Shown here: piece by piece, positions 52,019 through 61,528 of the stretch
Position numbering within the stretch: the first letter of the stretch is position 1
How the letters are laid out: each line of letters starts with the position of its first letter
Source of the DNA: Deltaproteobacteria bacterium
GTDB taxonomy: Bacteria; Myxococcota_A; Bradymonadia; REDH01
Length of the DNA: 64,000 bases
Reading direction: 5' to 3'
NCBI GenBank assembly: GCA_007693585.1
Contig: REDH01000089.1
Span: 21,323 to 85,322, forward strand
Notes under the pieces: model-generated
What the model was told of the DNA's origin: nothing
Databases searched by the model: none
Seen by the model: the letters and a program-made list of their open reading frames with translations, nothing else
Program-made: the position numbers and the translations under genes

Positions 52019-52546
52019 TCAGGAGCCCGGAAAGAGCTCTCCCCGGACCGCGAGGCCCTCGCGCGTGGATCCCCTGCCCTGCTTCGTTCGGCGACCCACG
52101 AGCTGGATTCCCAGATCCTGCAGTGTGCTCTCGGGCAGCGATCGCTCCAGCGCCGGAAAGAATGTCCTCTCTTCCCAGCGCACATGCTGGTCCAGCAGGT
52201 TCGCCACCGTCTCGAGCCGTGCAGCGAGCTCGTCCGGACTGGCGCGCTCGAGCCGGAGGACGGCAGCGGCGATCGCCGCGTGTTCCTGCGCGAGGCGAGC
52301 CGCCATGTCGATGAGCGTGTCGTCGCGGGTGGCTCGGGCGGCCGTCCCGAACACGCTCTCCTCATCGTCGAAGTGCCCCTGGAGCTTCTCTTCCCAGAGA
52401 TGGTTCACCATCTCCCGCATTCGGTCCGGGCAGGGCTGACCGAAGCGGGCATCGCCATCGAGGGTCCGGAGGATGGTTCGCACCACCATGAGGGTGGCAT
52501 GATGGTCCCACGAGAGGGGAATCAGGGCGTCAGCTCGTCTCGGCAT
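52019..52546 (-). CDS. hemerythrin-like (HHE) protein
   Basis: LSWDHH, HFDDEE, EH, HVRWEERTFFP; start trimmed to ATG 52546. Confidence 0.8.
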   Translation of the reverse strand: MPRRADALIPLSWDHHATLMVVRTILRTLDGDARFGQPCPDRMREMVNHLWEEKLQGHFDDEESVFGTAARATRDDTLIDMAARLAQEHAAIAAAVLRLERASPDELAARLETVANLLDQHVRWEERTFFPALERSLPESTLQDLGIQLVGRRTKQGRGSTREGLAVRGELFPGS

Positions 52547-52658
52547 CGGCGGCTCCGGCGCTCGGCGTTTCTCTTCCCGACCCCGCGGTTCGGGTCCCCG
52601 CCGTCCGACTCCCTTAGGGCTCGGGGTACGGACGCGCCATGGGCAACCCGCCGGCAAC

Positions 52659-54611
52659 TCAGCGCGACTTTCTCCAGCGAACGAAGACGGGTCTCGCGGC
52701 GAGCGCACCGAGAGCGAAGAGGGTGAGCGACAGGGGGGTCACTCCCCAGAAGAGGGGGATACCGTGGGGGAGAGCCACCGTCCCGGCCACGATCAACGCT
52801 CCGCCCACGATGGCTCGCCCCTGGAGAACGGATGCGTTCTCGGCGGCCTCCCCGAGAACGTTCGCGTTGTGCAACTCCGTGCTGAGGACGAGCCGCCCGT
52901 GCGCGAGATCCCGAAGGACCTGCTGGGCGTTCCAGGGTGCGAACCGGAGGAACCGGGTGAGGGCATCGAGCGTCTGCACCCCTTCCTGCATCAACCTTCT
53001 CGGATCGTATCGCTCGAGCAGGATCTCCTTCACGAAGGGCTGGGCTTCCTCGATGAAGTTCACGCGCGGGGCGAGGGTTCGGCCGATGCCTTCCACGGTG
53101 ACGAGGGCCTTGAACACCATGGTGTAGGTGGGAGGCATCCGGATCCGGTGGCGCATGCAGCCCTCCACGAGGGCCGCGAAGAAGGATCCGATGTCGATGT
53201 CATTCAGGGTTCGGCCCGAGATGTGCTGCTCCATGATCTCGATCACGTCCCCTTCGAAGCGTTCGTAGTCGTAACCTGTTCCGGGCTCCTTGATGCCGAG
53301 TTCGAAGTAGATCCTCGCGACGAGGGGATAGTCCTCACGGCTGATTCCCACGAGGATGTCCATGACGTTGTCCCGCTGCTGCGGGGAGAGACGGCCGATC
53401 AGGCCGAAGTCGATGAGGCCGATGGTCCCGTCCTCGTCGATGAGGATGTTTCCCGGATGCATGTCCCCGTGGAAGAAGCCATCCCGGAACATCATCTTGA
53501 ACAGTGCGTGAAGCATTCTGGGCGCGACTTCGTAGGGGTCGATCCCGAGTTCCGCGGGCGCCCGTGTCACCTTTACGCCGCGAACCCGCTCCATCACGAG
53601 GATGCTCTCGGTGCACAGCCCTGCGTGCACCTGCGGGATACGGACCCCTTCGTACCCTTCGAAGTTTCTTCGGAAGCGGAGGATATGCTGGAGTTCGTGG
53701 GTGAAGTCGATCTCCTTGAGGATGGCGCGCTCGAACTCGCCGACGATGCCGACCGGGTCGAGGAGTTCGAGCTCGGGCAGCATTGCTGCGGCCCTGCTGG
53801 CGAGGAAGTGGAGGATATGGAGATCGCTCTGGATGGTCGCGGCGATCCCGGGGCGCTGGATCTTGACGACGACCTCGGGGGCCGCGGCGGCGGCGTCGGG
53901 CGGCACTTCCGAAGGGCTGGAGTCCTCTGGGAGCGCTTCGGAGTGTTCGTCGCTGACCGTGGAAGGTCCCGTACCGTTGTCGCCGTTGGTCGCACTGCGC
54001 TCGTTCCGGGGTCGCATCGTTCCCTCCGCGTCGGCCCGTGGAGTGGAAGCGACGGGGTTCAGGGTGGCGAGGTGGACCTGGGCGATGGATGCGCAGGCGA
54101 GAGGCTGCCAGTCGAAGGTGGCGAACAGCTGTTCCGGCTCGTCGCCGAGTTCTGCGAGAATCTGTGCGGCGACCTCGTCGCGGCTCATGGGCGGCACGTT
54201 GTCCTGCAGGTTCTGCAGTTCGGCGAGGATGTCGGCGGGCAGGAGGTCGGGGCGGGTGGAGAGGATCTGTCCGAGCTTGATGAAGGTGGGGCCGAGTTCC
54301 TCGAACACGAGGCGGATGCGTTCGGGGAGTCCCAGTCGTGCGGCTTCGACGTCCCCTGCGCGTCCGGCGTCGGTGAGCTCGGCGACGAGGAGGTCGGTGT
54401 CGACGGGTTCGGTCGGTTCCGGGCGTTCGCTCTCGTCCGCGGGTGGGAGAACGGCGGCGTCCGGGGCGACCTCGCGCAGTCCGAGTCGTGCGACCAGGGC
54501 TCCGAAGCCATGGCGCGCGAGGACGGTGGCGATCTGGCGCAGCCGGCCCGCATCCTTGATGGCGGACTGGAGGGAGCGGATGTTGGTGTAGACGTTTCGG
54601 ACGGTGCCCAC
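52659..54611 (-). CDS. AarF/ABC1/UbiB-family atypical kinase
   Basis: LGPTFIKLGQILSTRPDL, LQD, ASIAQVH, VKIQRP, GFFHGDMHPGN, IDFG; C-terminal TM helices. Confidence 0.93.
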   Translation of the reverse strand: MGTVRNVYTNIRSLQSAIKDAGRLRQIATVLARHGFGALVARLGLREVAPDAAVLPPADESERPEPTEPVDTDLLVAELTDAGRAGDVEAARLGLPERIRLVFEELGPTFIKLGQILSTRPDLLPADILAELQNLQDNVPPMSRDEVAAQILAELGDEPEQLFATFDWQPLACASIAQVHLATLNPVASTPRADAEGTMRPRNERSATNGDNGTGPSTVSDEHSEALPEDSSPSEVPPDAAAAAPEVVVKIQRPGIAATIQSDLHILHFLASRAAAMLPELELLDPVGIVGEFERAILKEIDFTHELQHILRFRRNFEGYEGVRIPQVHAGLCTESILVMERVRGVKVTRAPAELGIDPYEVAPRMLHALFKMMFRDGFFHGDMHPGNILIDEDGTIGLIDFGLIGRLSPQQRDNVMDILVGISREDYPLVARIYFELGIKEPGTGYDYERFEGDVIEIMEQHISGRTLNDIDIGSFFAALVEGCMRHRIRMPPTYTMVFKALVTVEGIGRTLAPRVNFIEEAQPFVKEILLERYDPRRLMQEGVQTLDALTRFLRFAPWNAQQVLRDLAHGRLVLSTELHNANVLGEAAENASVLQGRAIVGGALIVAGTVALPHGIPLFWGVTPLSLTLFALGALAARPVFVRWRKSR

Positions 54612-54641
54612 GTGTCCCCCTGGGGCTCGGGTTGCTGCCGG

Positions 54642-55250
54642 TCAGGGTGCCGGTGGTTGCCAGGCGCGCATGAGTCGTTCCATGAAGCGGATCACGGAGG
54701 GGTCATCCCAGGGGAGAGCGCCCTGGAAGCGCGCGAAGACCCGTCCGCGAGGGGTGATGAGCCAGGTCTCGGGCAGGAGCTCGGTGCCGTACTCGCGGGC
54801 GCTGCGGCCTTCGGGATCGTGGAGGATGACCATGCTGGTGGGGTCGATGCCTTCCTGGACGAGGAAGTCGCGGAGGGCCTGCGGATCCTCGTCGAGGGAG
54901 ACGGCGACCATGGCGAAGGGGCGGCGCTGGAGGGTTCGGGCGAGGTTGACCATGGCGGGCATTTCTTCCCGGCAGGGTTCGCACCAGCTGGCCCAGAAGT
55001 TGAGGAAGATGAGATGTCCCGCGTGGTCGGCGAGCCGTCGCGAGGTGCCGTCGAGGCCGGGGAGTTCGAAGTCGGGGGCGCGGCGGTCGACGCGCTCGCC
55101 GCCGAGTTGCACCAGGCCATCGACGAGGACTCCGGCGGCGGGATCGGGCCGTTGCCATGCGAGGAGGCCCAGAAGGAGCAGGAGCGGGAGGACGAGGGCG
55201 GCGATCCGGAGGCTCCGCGGGGTGGCTTCGATGGGATTGCGGGTCGTCAT
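54642..55250 (-). CDS. TlpA/ResA-family thiol-disulfide oxidoreductase
   Basis: N-terminal TM, APDFELP, LNFWASWCEPCREEMP, LPET. Confidence 0.92.
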   Translation of the reverse strand: MTTRNPIEATPRSLRIAALVLPLLLLLGLLAWQRPDPAAGVLVDGLVQLGGERVDRRAPDFELPGLDGTSRRLADHAGHLIFLNFWASWCEPCREEMPAMVNLARTLQRRPFAMVAVSLDEDPQALRDFLVQEGIDPTSMVILHDPEGRSAREYGTELLPETWLITPRGRVFARFQGALPWDDPSVIRFMERLMRAWQPPAP

Positions 55251-56042
55251 TCAGGGCCCCTGGAAGCTGTCCCGGAGGTGCCGGAGGGCTCGGAAGGCCT
55301 GCTCTGCCGGATCCTGTACCTCGTGGTCCACGGCTTCGGGGAAGCGTTCGCGGAGCCGCCGCTGGAGCACTTCGTCGTGCACGCGGTGGAAGGGGTTGTA
55401 GGCACGCTCCTCCCCCAGGGTGGTGAGGACGGGGCCGTCGCTGCGCGCATGGTCGGCGATGCGTTCGCGAAGCGCGGCGGCGGCGCCGTTGTCGGGTTCG
55501 ACATGAAGGCAGAAGGCGAGGTTCCTGCTGGCGTAGTCGTGTCCGGGATGGAATCGTGTCTCGTCGGGGAGGTGGGCGAGACGCTGGTGGAAGGTGCGGT
55601 AGAGTTCGCCGGGGTCTCCGCCGTTTCGGCAGTTGCCCGCCCCCGCGACGAAGAAGACGTCGCCGCTGATGAGGATGCCTGGCGCGTGGAGCACGATGTG
55701 GTCGTCGGTGTGGCCCGGTGCGTGGTGCACGTCGAAGGCCGAGGCTCCGAGGGTGATGGAGTCGCCATGGCGCAGGCCGCGATCGTGTGGGACAGGCCAG
55801 TGGATGGCGTCCGCGGGTGCGAGGACACGGGCATCGAGGGCTGCGGCGACCTCGGCGTTTCCGCCGGCGTGGTCGGGGTGGCCGTGGGTGGTGAGGATGC
55901 GGACCCGGGAGGGTGCTTCCCTGCGCACGGCATCGATGGCGACGGTTGCGTCGATGGGATCGACGAGGAGAGCGTCGTCGGCGTCGGTGACGAGCCAGAA
56001 GAAGTTGTCGGTGAATGTGGAGGCGAGGGGCTGAACGCGCAT
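55251..56042 (-). CDS. gloB: hydroxyacylglutathione hydrolase (glyoxalase II)
   Basis: DNFFWL, THGHPDHAGG, PGHT, SGD, PGHDY..NL.F, TLGEERAYNPF; start ATG 56042. Confidence 0.9.
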   Translation of the reverse strand: MRVQPLASTFTDNFFWLVTDADDALLVDPIDATVAIDAVRREAPSRVRILTTHGHPDHAGGNAEVAAALDARVLAPADAIHWPVPHDRGLRHGDSITLGASAFDVHHAPGHTDDHIVLHAPGILISGDVFFVAGAGNCRNGGDPGELYRTFHQRLAHLPDETRFHPGHDYASRNLAFCLHVEPDNGAAAALRERIADHARSDGPVLTTLGEERAYNPFHRVHDEVLQRRLRERFPEAVDHEVQDPAEQAFRALRHLRDSFQGP

Positions 56043-56231
56043 GGCCGTCCGGGGGAGAAGTCCGTGGGGAGCGCGGTGTGGGCAACCCGCGCGGGGGAGT
56101 CTTTCGTGCGCGGGCGAAGGCAAGTCAACCGGGGCCGGTTGTGGCGCCCTTGTGGATCGGGCATGCTCGGCGTCCTGCATGCGTGCCGGTGGGGCGCGCG
56201 GCGTGTGCTCCGGGCGCACAGCGGAGGGATC

Positions 56232-57146
56232 ATGCTCACGGAGGAGCGCTTCGTCGTGGAGGCCAACCACGATGGGTGGCGGCTGGATCGATTCCTGACC
56301 GAGCGTATCCGGCGGGCGACCCGGTCGCACGTGCAACGAATGATCGCGGGCGGCGCGCGGTTCGGGGATGGTCGTCCGGCGCGCCCCGGGAGCCGCGTGC
56401 GGGCTGGAGACGAGGTCTTCCTGACGCGGCGAGACCTCGGTGCTTCCCGGCGTCCGGCGCAGGAGCCTCGGGTGGTGGCCGAGGATGGGGAGCTGGTGGT
56501 GCTGGAGAAGCCGGGCGGCTGGCTGGTGCACCGGAACGCCCACGAGCTGTCGAACACGATCGAGGCGTGGCTGTCGGAGACCTGGCCTGGCGAGCGGGTC
56601 GAGCCGGTGCACCGGCTCGACCGGGACACGAGCGGCCTTCTGCTGTGCGCGCGGGGTGTGGAGGGTGTTCGTCGGTGGCGGGGGGCGATGTCGGGCGACG
56701 GCGTGCGCAAGGAGTACCTCGCGCTGGTGGAGGATCCGGAGGCGTCGTGGCGGCCCGGGGAGGGTCGCACGATCGATGTGCCGCTGGGGTTTGACGCCTC
56801 GTCGGCCGTCCGGTTGCGCATGGGCGTCGGTGATCTGGCGTGCGCGACGGAGGTGGAGGTGATCGAGCGCCGTGGTCCGCGGGCGTTGCTGGGTTGCGTG
56901 CTCCGGGGCGGGCGGCAGCACCAGATCCGCGCGCATCTGTATCTCGCGGGGACGCCGGTGGTCGGGGACAAGCTGTACGGGATGGGGGACGCGTTCTTTC
57001 TGTCGTGGCTCGAGGCTCCGGGTGACCCTTCGCTGGAGGTACAGCTGGCGCTTCGGCACCATGCGCTCCATGCGCACCGTCTGACGCTGGAGGACGGTCG
57101 AACGTGGTGCTGCGGCCCTCCCGATGCGTGGTGCGATCGGGCGTGA
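56232..57146 (+). CDS. RluA/RluD-family pseudouridine synthase with S4-like domain
   Basis: 3' part of ORF 52764..57146; RLDRFL, KPGGWLVH, VHRLDRDTSG, KEYLALV, GRQHQIRAH, GDKLYG, LHA. Confidence 0.92.
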   Translation: MLTEERFVVEANHDGWRLDRFLTERIRRATRSHVQRMIAGGARFGDGRPARPGSRVRAGDEVFLTRRDLGASRRPAQEPRVVAEDGELVVLEKPGGWLVHRNAHELSNTIEAWLSETWPGERVEPVHRLDRDTSGLLLCARGVEGVRRWRGAMSGDGVRKEYLALVEDPEASWRPGEGRTIDVPLGFDASSAVRLRMGVGDLACATEVEVIERRGPRALLGCVLRGGRQHQIRAHLYLAGTPVVGDKLYGMGDAFFLSWLEAPGDPSLEVQLALRHHALHAHRLTLEDGRTWCCGPPDAWCDRA

Positions 57147-57251
57147 CGGGAGGAGGGGGCGCACGGCGTCGTGGGTGCGGCGCTGACCGCGTCCCGCGTT
57201 CGGAGCAGGTCGGCGATGTCCGCGGTGCCGCTCCCGAATGGGAGGGGTGCG

Positions 57252-57365
57252 GCGGCCCGGGGGAGCGGCGGCCGGAGGGTCTGGTGGCTGGCGGGGCTGG
57301 TGGCCCGGGGGGGGGGGCGGCGGCCGGGGGGTCTGGTGGCCCGGGCGGGGGGCCCTGGCGGCCGG
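57252..57365. repeat. G-rich imperfect direct repeat with a G11 run in a convergent intergenic gap
   Basis: Two ~47-55 bp units GGCCCGGGGG...GCGGCGGCCGG.GGGTCTGGTGGC; CTGGTGGC occurs three times; G11 at 57307..57317. Confidence 0.6.
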
Positions 57366-57368
57366 CGT

Positions 57369-58409
57369 TCAGTCGGCGTAGATGCGTTCCTCGGCGATGC
57401 GATCGGCGACGATGTGGGTGGGGACATCCTCGCGGCGCGCGCGCTCGAAGATCCCGGTCATGATGTCGTGGACCGCTGCGACGCGGGAGCGGATGTCGTT
57501 GGCGTCGGCGTCGGTGTCGATGAATTCGCAGGCCACCTTGATGAGTCCGCCGGCGTTGATGGCGTAGTCGGGCGCGTAGAGGATGCCCTTCCGGAAGAGC
57601 TCGATGCCGTGCCGGTCCTCGGCGAGGACATTGTTGGCGGCGCCGGCGATGGCGCGGGTCCGGAGCATGGGGAGGGTGGTGTCGTTGATGACGGCGCCGA
57701 GGGCGCAGGGGGCGAAGATGTCGCACTCCACGGCGAAGATGTCGTCGGGGTCGACGGCGGTGGCGCCGAGGGACTCGACGGCGCGCTGGACGTTCTCGGG
57801 GCGGATATCGGTGACGGTGAGGGAGCAGCCGAGATCGTGGAGTTCCCGGGCGAGGTTGAAGCCGACGGAGCCGAGACCCTGGATGGCGACATGGAGTCCG
57901 TCGAGGTCGGATCGTTCGAACTGGAAGGCGGCGACGGCCTCGATTCCGCGTCGCACCCCGAAGGCGGTGAAGGGGGAGGGGTCACCGCCGCCGACGGAGG
58001 TGCCGAGGACGTGAGGGGTGGTGGCGCCGATGACGTCCATGTCGGCGGGGGAGGTTCCGGAGTCTTCGGCGGTGATGTATCGACCGCCGAGGGAGTCGAC
58101 GAACTTGCCGAAGTGGTGGAAGAGGGCCTGCCGGTCGAAGTCGTCATCCTGCGGCAGCATGATGACGGCCTTTCCTCCGCCGTGGGGCAGGTTGCAGATG
58201 GCGGCCTTGTAGGACATGCCGCGCGCCAGCCGCACGGCGTCGTGTAGCGCGGCTCCGGAGTCGGGGTAGTGGATGGCTCTGCAGCCGCCGATGGCCGGGC
58301 CGAGTCTGGTGGAGTGGAGGGCGACGATGGCGCGCAGTCCGGTGCGTTCGTCGTGGGCGACGTGGACTTCGCCGAAGCGCAGCTGCTGTAGGGTCTGGAA
58401 CAGATCCAT
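57369..58409 (-). CDS. Leu/Phe/Val dehydrogenase
   Basis: GPAIGGCR, RLARGMSYK, GGGK, YITAEDSG, GDPSPFTAFGV, QGLGSVG, PCALG, GAANN, APDYAINAGG. Confidence 0.94.
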   Translation of the reverse strand: MDLFQTLQQLRFGEVHVAHDERTGLRAIVALHSTRLGPAIGGCRAIHYPDSGAALHDAVRLARGMSYKAAICNLPHGGGKAVIMLPQDDDFDRQALFHHFGKFVDSLGGRYITAEDSGTSPADMDVIGATTPHVLGTSVGGGDPSPFTAFGVRRGIEAVAAFQFERSDLDGLHVAIQGLGSVGFNLARELHDLGCSLTVTDIRPENVQRAVESLGATAVDPDDIFAVECDIFAPCALGAVINDTTLPMLRTRAIAGAANNVLAEDRHGIELFRKGILYAPDYAINAGGLIKVACEFIDTDADANDIRSRVAAVHDIMTGIFERARREDVPTHIVADRIAEERIYAD

Positions 58410-58670
58410 GGGTTGACCTCGGGAAAGAACAGGAGAAACGGGCGCTGTGCCCCTTTGCTCGTGGCCTTTGCCGAGCCGTGGATCGGTGTCCGTCGCGATG
58501 TCCCGGCGGGTTGTTCCGGGGGTCCTGGGATCGGGCCCGAACGGCATCGGTTGAGCGCCGCAAAGCGTGTCGGAGGGGTGGCCATCCGACGCAGGATGGG
58601 GTAGTCGGGGGCGTGCGAGTGGGCAAGTCCGGAGGGCTGCCGCATCGCGTCACTGTTCTCTCTGTCCTGG

Positions 58671-59816
58671 TTGTCGATGTCCGGTTCCGATTCCCGTCGC
58701 AGATTCCCGGGTTCCCAGACGCTGAAGTCGCGGGCGGAGGGGTTGGCCCGTCGTGCGCGCCGCCGGTTGAAGCGGGTCGGTGTGCTGGTGGGGCGGGTGG
58801 CGGAGGAGGCGGCGGTGCGGCTGACGGGGACGACGGCGGGCTTCGGGGGTGGAGGAGATCGGGGACGGGTCGACCGGGTCGGAGAGACTCCGGGGGAGGG
58901 TGTGGCGATGGCGGATGGCGAGCAGGAGCGGGGTCGTGTGGTGCCACCTGGGGCGGGAGCCGGGACAGCGGACGAGGCTGCGTCGCGCATGGTCGCGGAG
59001 GGTGCTCCTCCGTCGGCGCCGGATGCTTCGGGCGAGGCGCGGGCTCTGGCGGAGGCGGTGGGTGTGGAGCGAGCGCGCCACCTGGCGGTGCAGGCGCAGC
59101 GGATGGTGGCGGAGGGAGGTGGAGTCCATCCGGAAGCCGAGGGGGTCGGGGAGGCCGGCGGAGGTCCCGTGGCCGAGGAGGTTGCGGAGCCTGCGTTTCC
59201 GTTGCGGGAGCATCTCCACACGTGGCTGTACACGGCGAGGGCGCCGTCGGCGATGCAGTTGCTGCCGGTGGAGCCGCGGCGTGCGTGGGTGTGGTGGCGT
59301 CTGGACGAGGCGGCGCGCGAGCGGGTGGCTGCTCGTCCGTTGCAGCTCGAGTTGCGCGATGGTGGGGGGAGCCGGTTGCAGCTTCACGAGGTGGGGGCCT
59401 GCGAGGGGGAGTGGTTCCTGAATCTGTCGAAGTGGCGGCCGCGGATTTCGGCGCGTGTGGGGGTGCTGGATGGGTCGGGGCGGTTCGAGGAGGTCCTGTC
59501 CTCGGCGGTGACTTCGCTTCCCCCGGAGCGTCCGGGGGACGCGGATCTGCGCTGGATCGACACGGTGCATCGGGGGGATCACGTGCGGGGGATTCCGGCG
59601 GAGTACGCGGGGGGTCCGGTGCCGCAGGTGGCGGGCTGGGTCGACGGGGTGGGCTGGACGGATGCGGTGGGGGTGGCATCATCGGGGGGGGACGCGCCGG
59701 GGGATCCCGTGATGGATGGTGCGAGTGCGTCGGGTGACGCGACGTCGGTTTCGGCGGGTCGGATTCAGGGCGGCGGGCGTGCCTCGGGGCGTCCGGCCGG
59801 GGGGGCCAGGGGATGA
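58671..59816 (+). CDS. DUF4912-domain protein with low-complexity N-terminus
   Basis: LLPVEPRRAWVWWRL...GEWFL...SSAVTSLP resembles DUF4912; overlaps the GH57 start; start uncertain. Confidence 0.65.
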   Translation: MSMSGSDSRRRFPGSQTLKSRAEGLARRARRRLKRVGVLVGRVAEEAAVRLTGTTAGFGGGGDRGRVDRVGETPGEGVAMADGEQERGRVVPPGAGAGTADEAASRMVAEGAPPSAPDASGEARALAEAVGVERARHLAVQAQRMVAEGGGVHPEAEGVGEAGGGPVAEEVAEPAFPLREHLHTWLYTARAPSAMQLLPVEPRRAWVWWRLDEAARERVAARPLQLELRDGGGSRLQLHEVGACEGEWFLNLSKWRPRISARVGVLDGSGRFEEVLSSAVTSLPPERPGDADLRWIDTVHRGDHVRGIPAEYAGGPVPQVAGWVDGVGWTDAVGVASSGGDAPGDPVMDGASASGDATSVSAGRIQGGGRASGRPAGGARG

Positions 59817-61402
59817 TCGGGTTCTGTCAGCTGGTCCTGCACGCGCATCTGCCGTTCGTTCGTCATCCGGAGCATCCGTTCTTCATGGAGGAGCACTGGC
59901 TGTTCGAGGCGATGAGCGAGACGTACCTGCCGCTGGTCGCGCTGGGTCGGCGGCTGGATCGGGACGGTGTGCCGGGGACGCTGACGGTGTCGTTGTCGAT
60001 GCCGCTGGTGTCGATGCTGGATGACCCGCTGCTGCGGGAGCGATTCGATGGTTACCTGTCGCGGCTGGTCCGGCTCGCGGAGGAAGAGATCGAGCGCACG
60101 CGGCAGGAGGACCCGGCGTTTCATCATCTGGCCCACTGGTACCATCGGCGCTTCGTCGAGCAGCGGGAGATGTTCGATCGGGAGCTGGGCCGGGATGTGG
60201 CGGGGGCCTTTGCGGCGCTGCACCGCAGCGGGCGCATTGAGTTGATCACGTGCGTGGGTACGCACGGCTATCTTCCCCTGATGAGCACGGACGCCTCGCG
60301 GCGGGGGCAGATCCGGACGTCTTGCGAGGCGTTCGAGGACCGGTTCGGCTGGCGCTCGCGGGGGGTGTGGATGGGGGAGTGCGCGTATGTTCCCGGGGTG
60401 GAGCAGCTGCTGGCGGACGAGGCGGTTCAGTACACGTTCGTGGACGCGCACGGGATCCTGACGGCGAGCGCACCGGCGGTGCGGGGCCTGTACGCTCCGT
60501 TGTCGGCGCCTTCGGGGGTGTGCTTCTTCGGGCGCGATCCGGAGTCGTCGGAGCAGGTCTGGAGCGCGGAGAGCGGCTATCCGGGCGATCCGCGGTACCG
60601 GGAGTTCTACCGGGACGTCGGGTTCGACCGGCCGTACGAGGCGATCGCGCCGTACGTGAACCCGGACGGGGTGCGGATGCACACGGGCATCAAGTACTAC
60701 CGGGTGACGGCGCGGGGCACGGACGACAAGGCGCCGTGGAACCCGGACTGGGCGATGGACGCGGTGCGGTCGCACGCTGCGGACTTCGTTCGCCGGCGAC
60801 GGGCGCAGGTCAGCGCGGCCGCGGAGGGCATCGATCTTCCGCCGCTGGTGACGAGCCCGTACGATGCGGAGCTGTTCGGCCACTGGTGGTTCGAGGGACC
60901 GGCGTTCCTGGAGGCGGTGCTGCGGGAGGCGGCGCATCAGGACGAGGTGGTGTTCACGACCCCGGGGCGGTATCTGGACGCGTACCCGCGCCAGCAGGAG
61001 GCGACGCCCGGCTCCTCGAGCTGGGGGGAGGACGGCTACCACAAGGTGTGGCTGGACAGTCCCAACGCGTGGATTCGTCCGTTCCTCCACGACGCGGAGT
61101 GCCGCCTGCAGGCGGTGGTCCGGCGGACGCTGGATCTCGACGACCCGCCGAACGCGGCGCTGGAGCGTGCGCTGAACCAGGCGGCGCGCGAGCTGATGCT
61201 GGCGCAGGCGTCGGACTGGGCGTTCATCCTCTACACGGGCACCACGATGGACTACGCGGCGGCGCGCACGCGAGACCACGTGGAGGGGGTTCATCGCCTG
61301 CTGGACATGGTGGACGCGGGGGCGGTGGACGAGGACGTCCTGGAGTTGATGGAGTCCCGCAGTCCGATCTTTCCGGGCATTCGGTACGCGAACTGGGTGT
61401 AG
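59813..61402 (+). CDS. GH57 1,4-alpha-glucan branching enzyme (DUF1957)
   Basis: HAHLPFV, ETYLPL, THGYLPL, WMGEC (nucleophile), PYDAELFGHWWFEG (acid/base), SSWG, AQASDWAF. Confidence 0.93.
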   Translation: MIGFCQLVLHAHLPFVRHPEHPFFMEEHWLFEAMSETYLPLVALGRRLDRDGVPGTLTVSLSMPLVSMLDDPLLRERFDGYLSRLVRLAEEEIERTRQEDPAFHHLAHWYHRRFVEQREMFDRELGRDVAGAFAALHRSGRIELITCVGTHGYLPLMSTDASRRGQIRTSCEAFEDRFGWRSRGVWMGECAYVPGVEQLLADEAVQYTFVDAHGILTASAPAVRGLYAPLSAPSGVCFFGRDPESSEQVWSAESGYPGDPRYREFYRDVGFDRPYEAIAPYVNPDGVRMHTGIKYYRVTARGTDDKAPWNPDWAMDAVRSHAADFVRRRRAQVSAAAEGIDLPPLVTSPYDAELFGHWWFEGPAFLEAVLREAAHQDEVVFTTPGRYLDAYPRQQEATPGSSSWGEDGYHKVWLDSPNAWIRPFLHDAECRLQAVVRRTLDLDDPPNAALERALNQAARELMLAQASDWAFILYTGTTMDYAAARTRDHVEGVHRLLDMVDAGAVDEDVLELMESRSPIFPGIRYANWV

Positions 61403-61528
61403 GCGGTCGGTCGCCACGCGACAGGTGGACTCAGCCGCTCCGGGGCACCGTGCGCCCTTCTCGCGGCGCCATTCGGACACCGGCACGCAAACAGGGCGCG
61501 GACGGTGACGCCGAGGATACCGCCTGCG

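Noticed and set aside
52764..56231. 5' part of the 1460-aa ORF 52764..57146
   Set aside because: Antisense shadow of the ubiB-like, tlpA-like and gloB genes; only 56232..57146 has real motifs.
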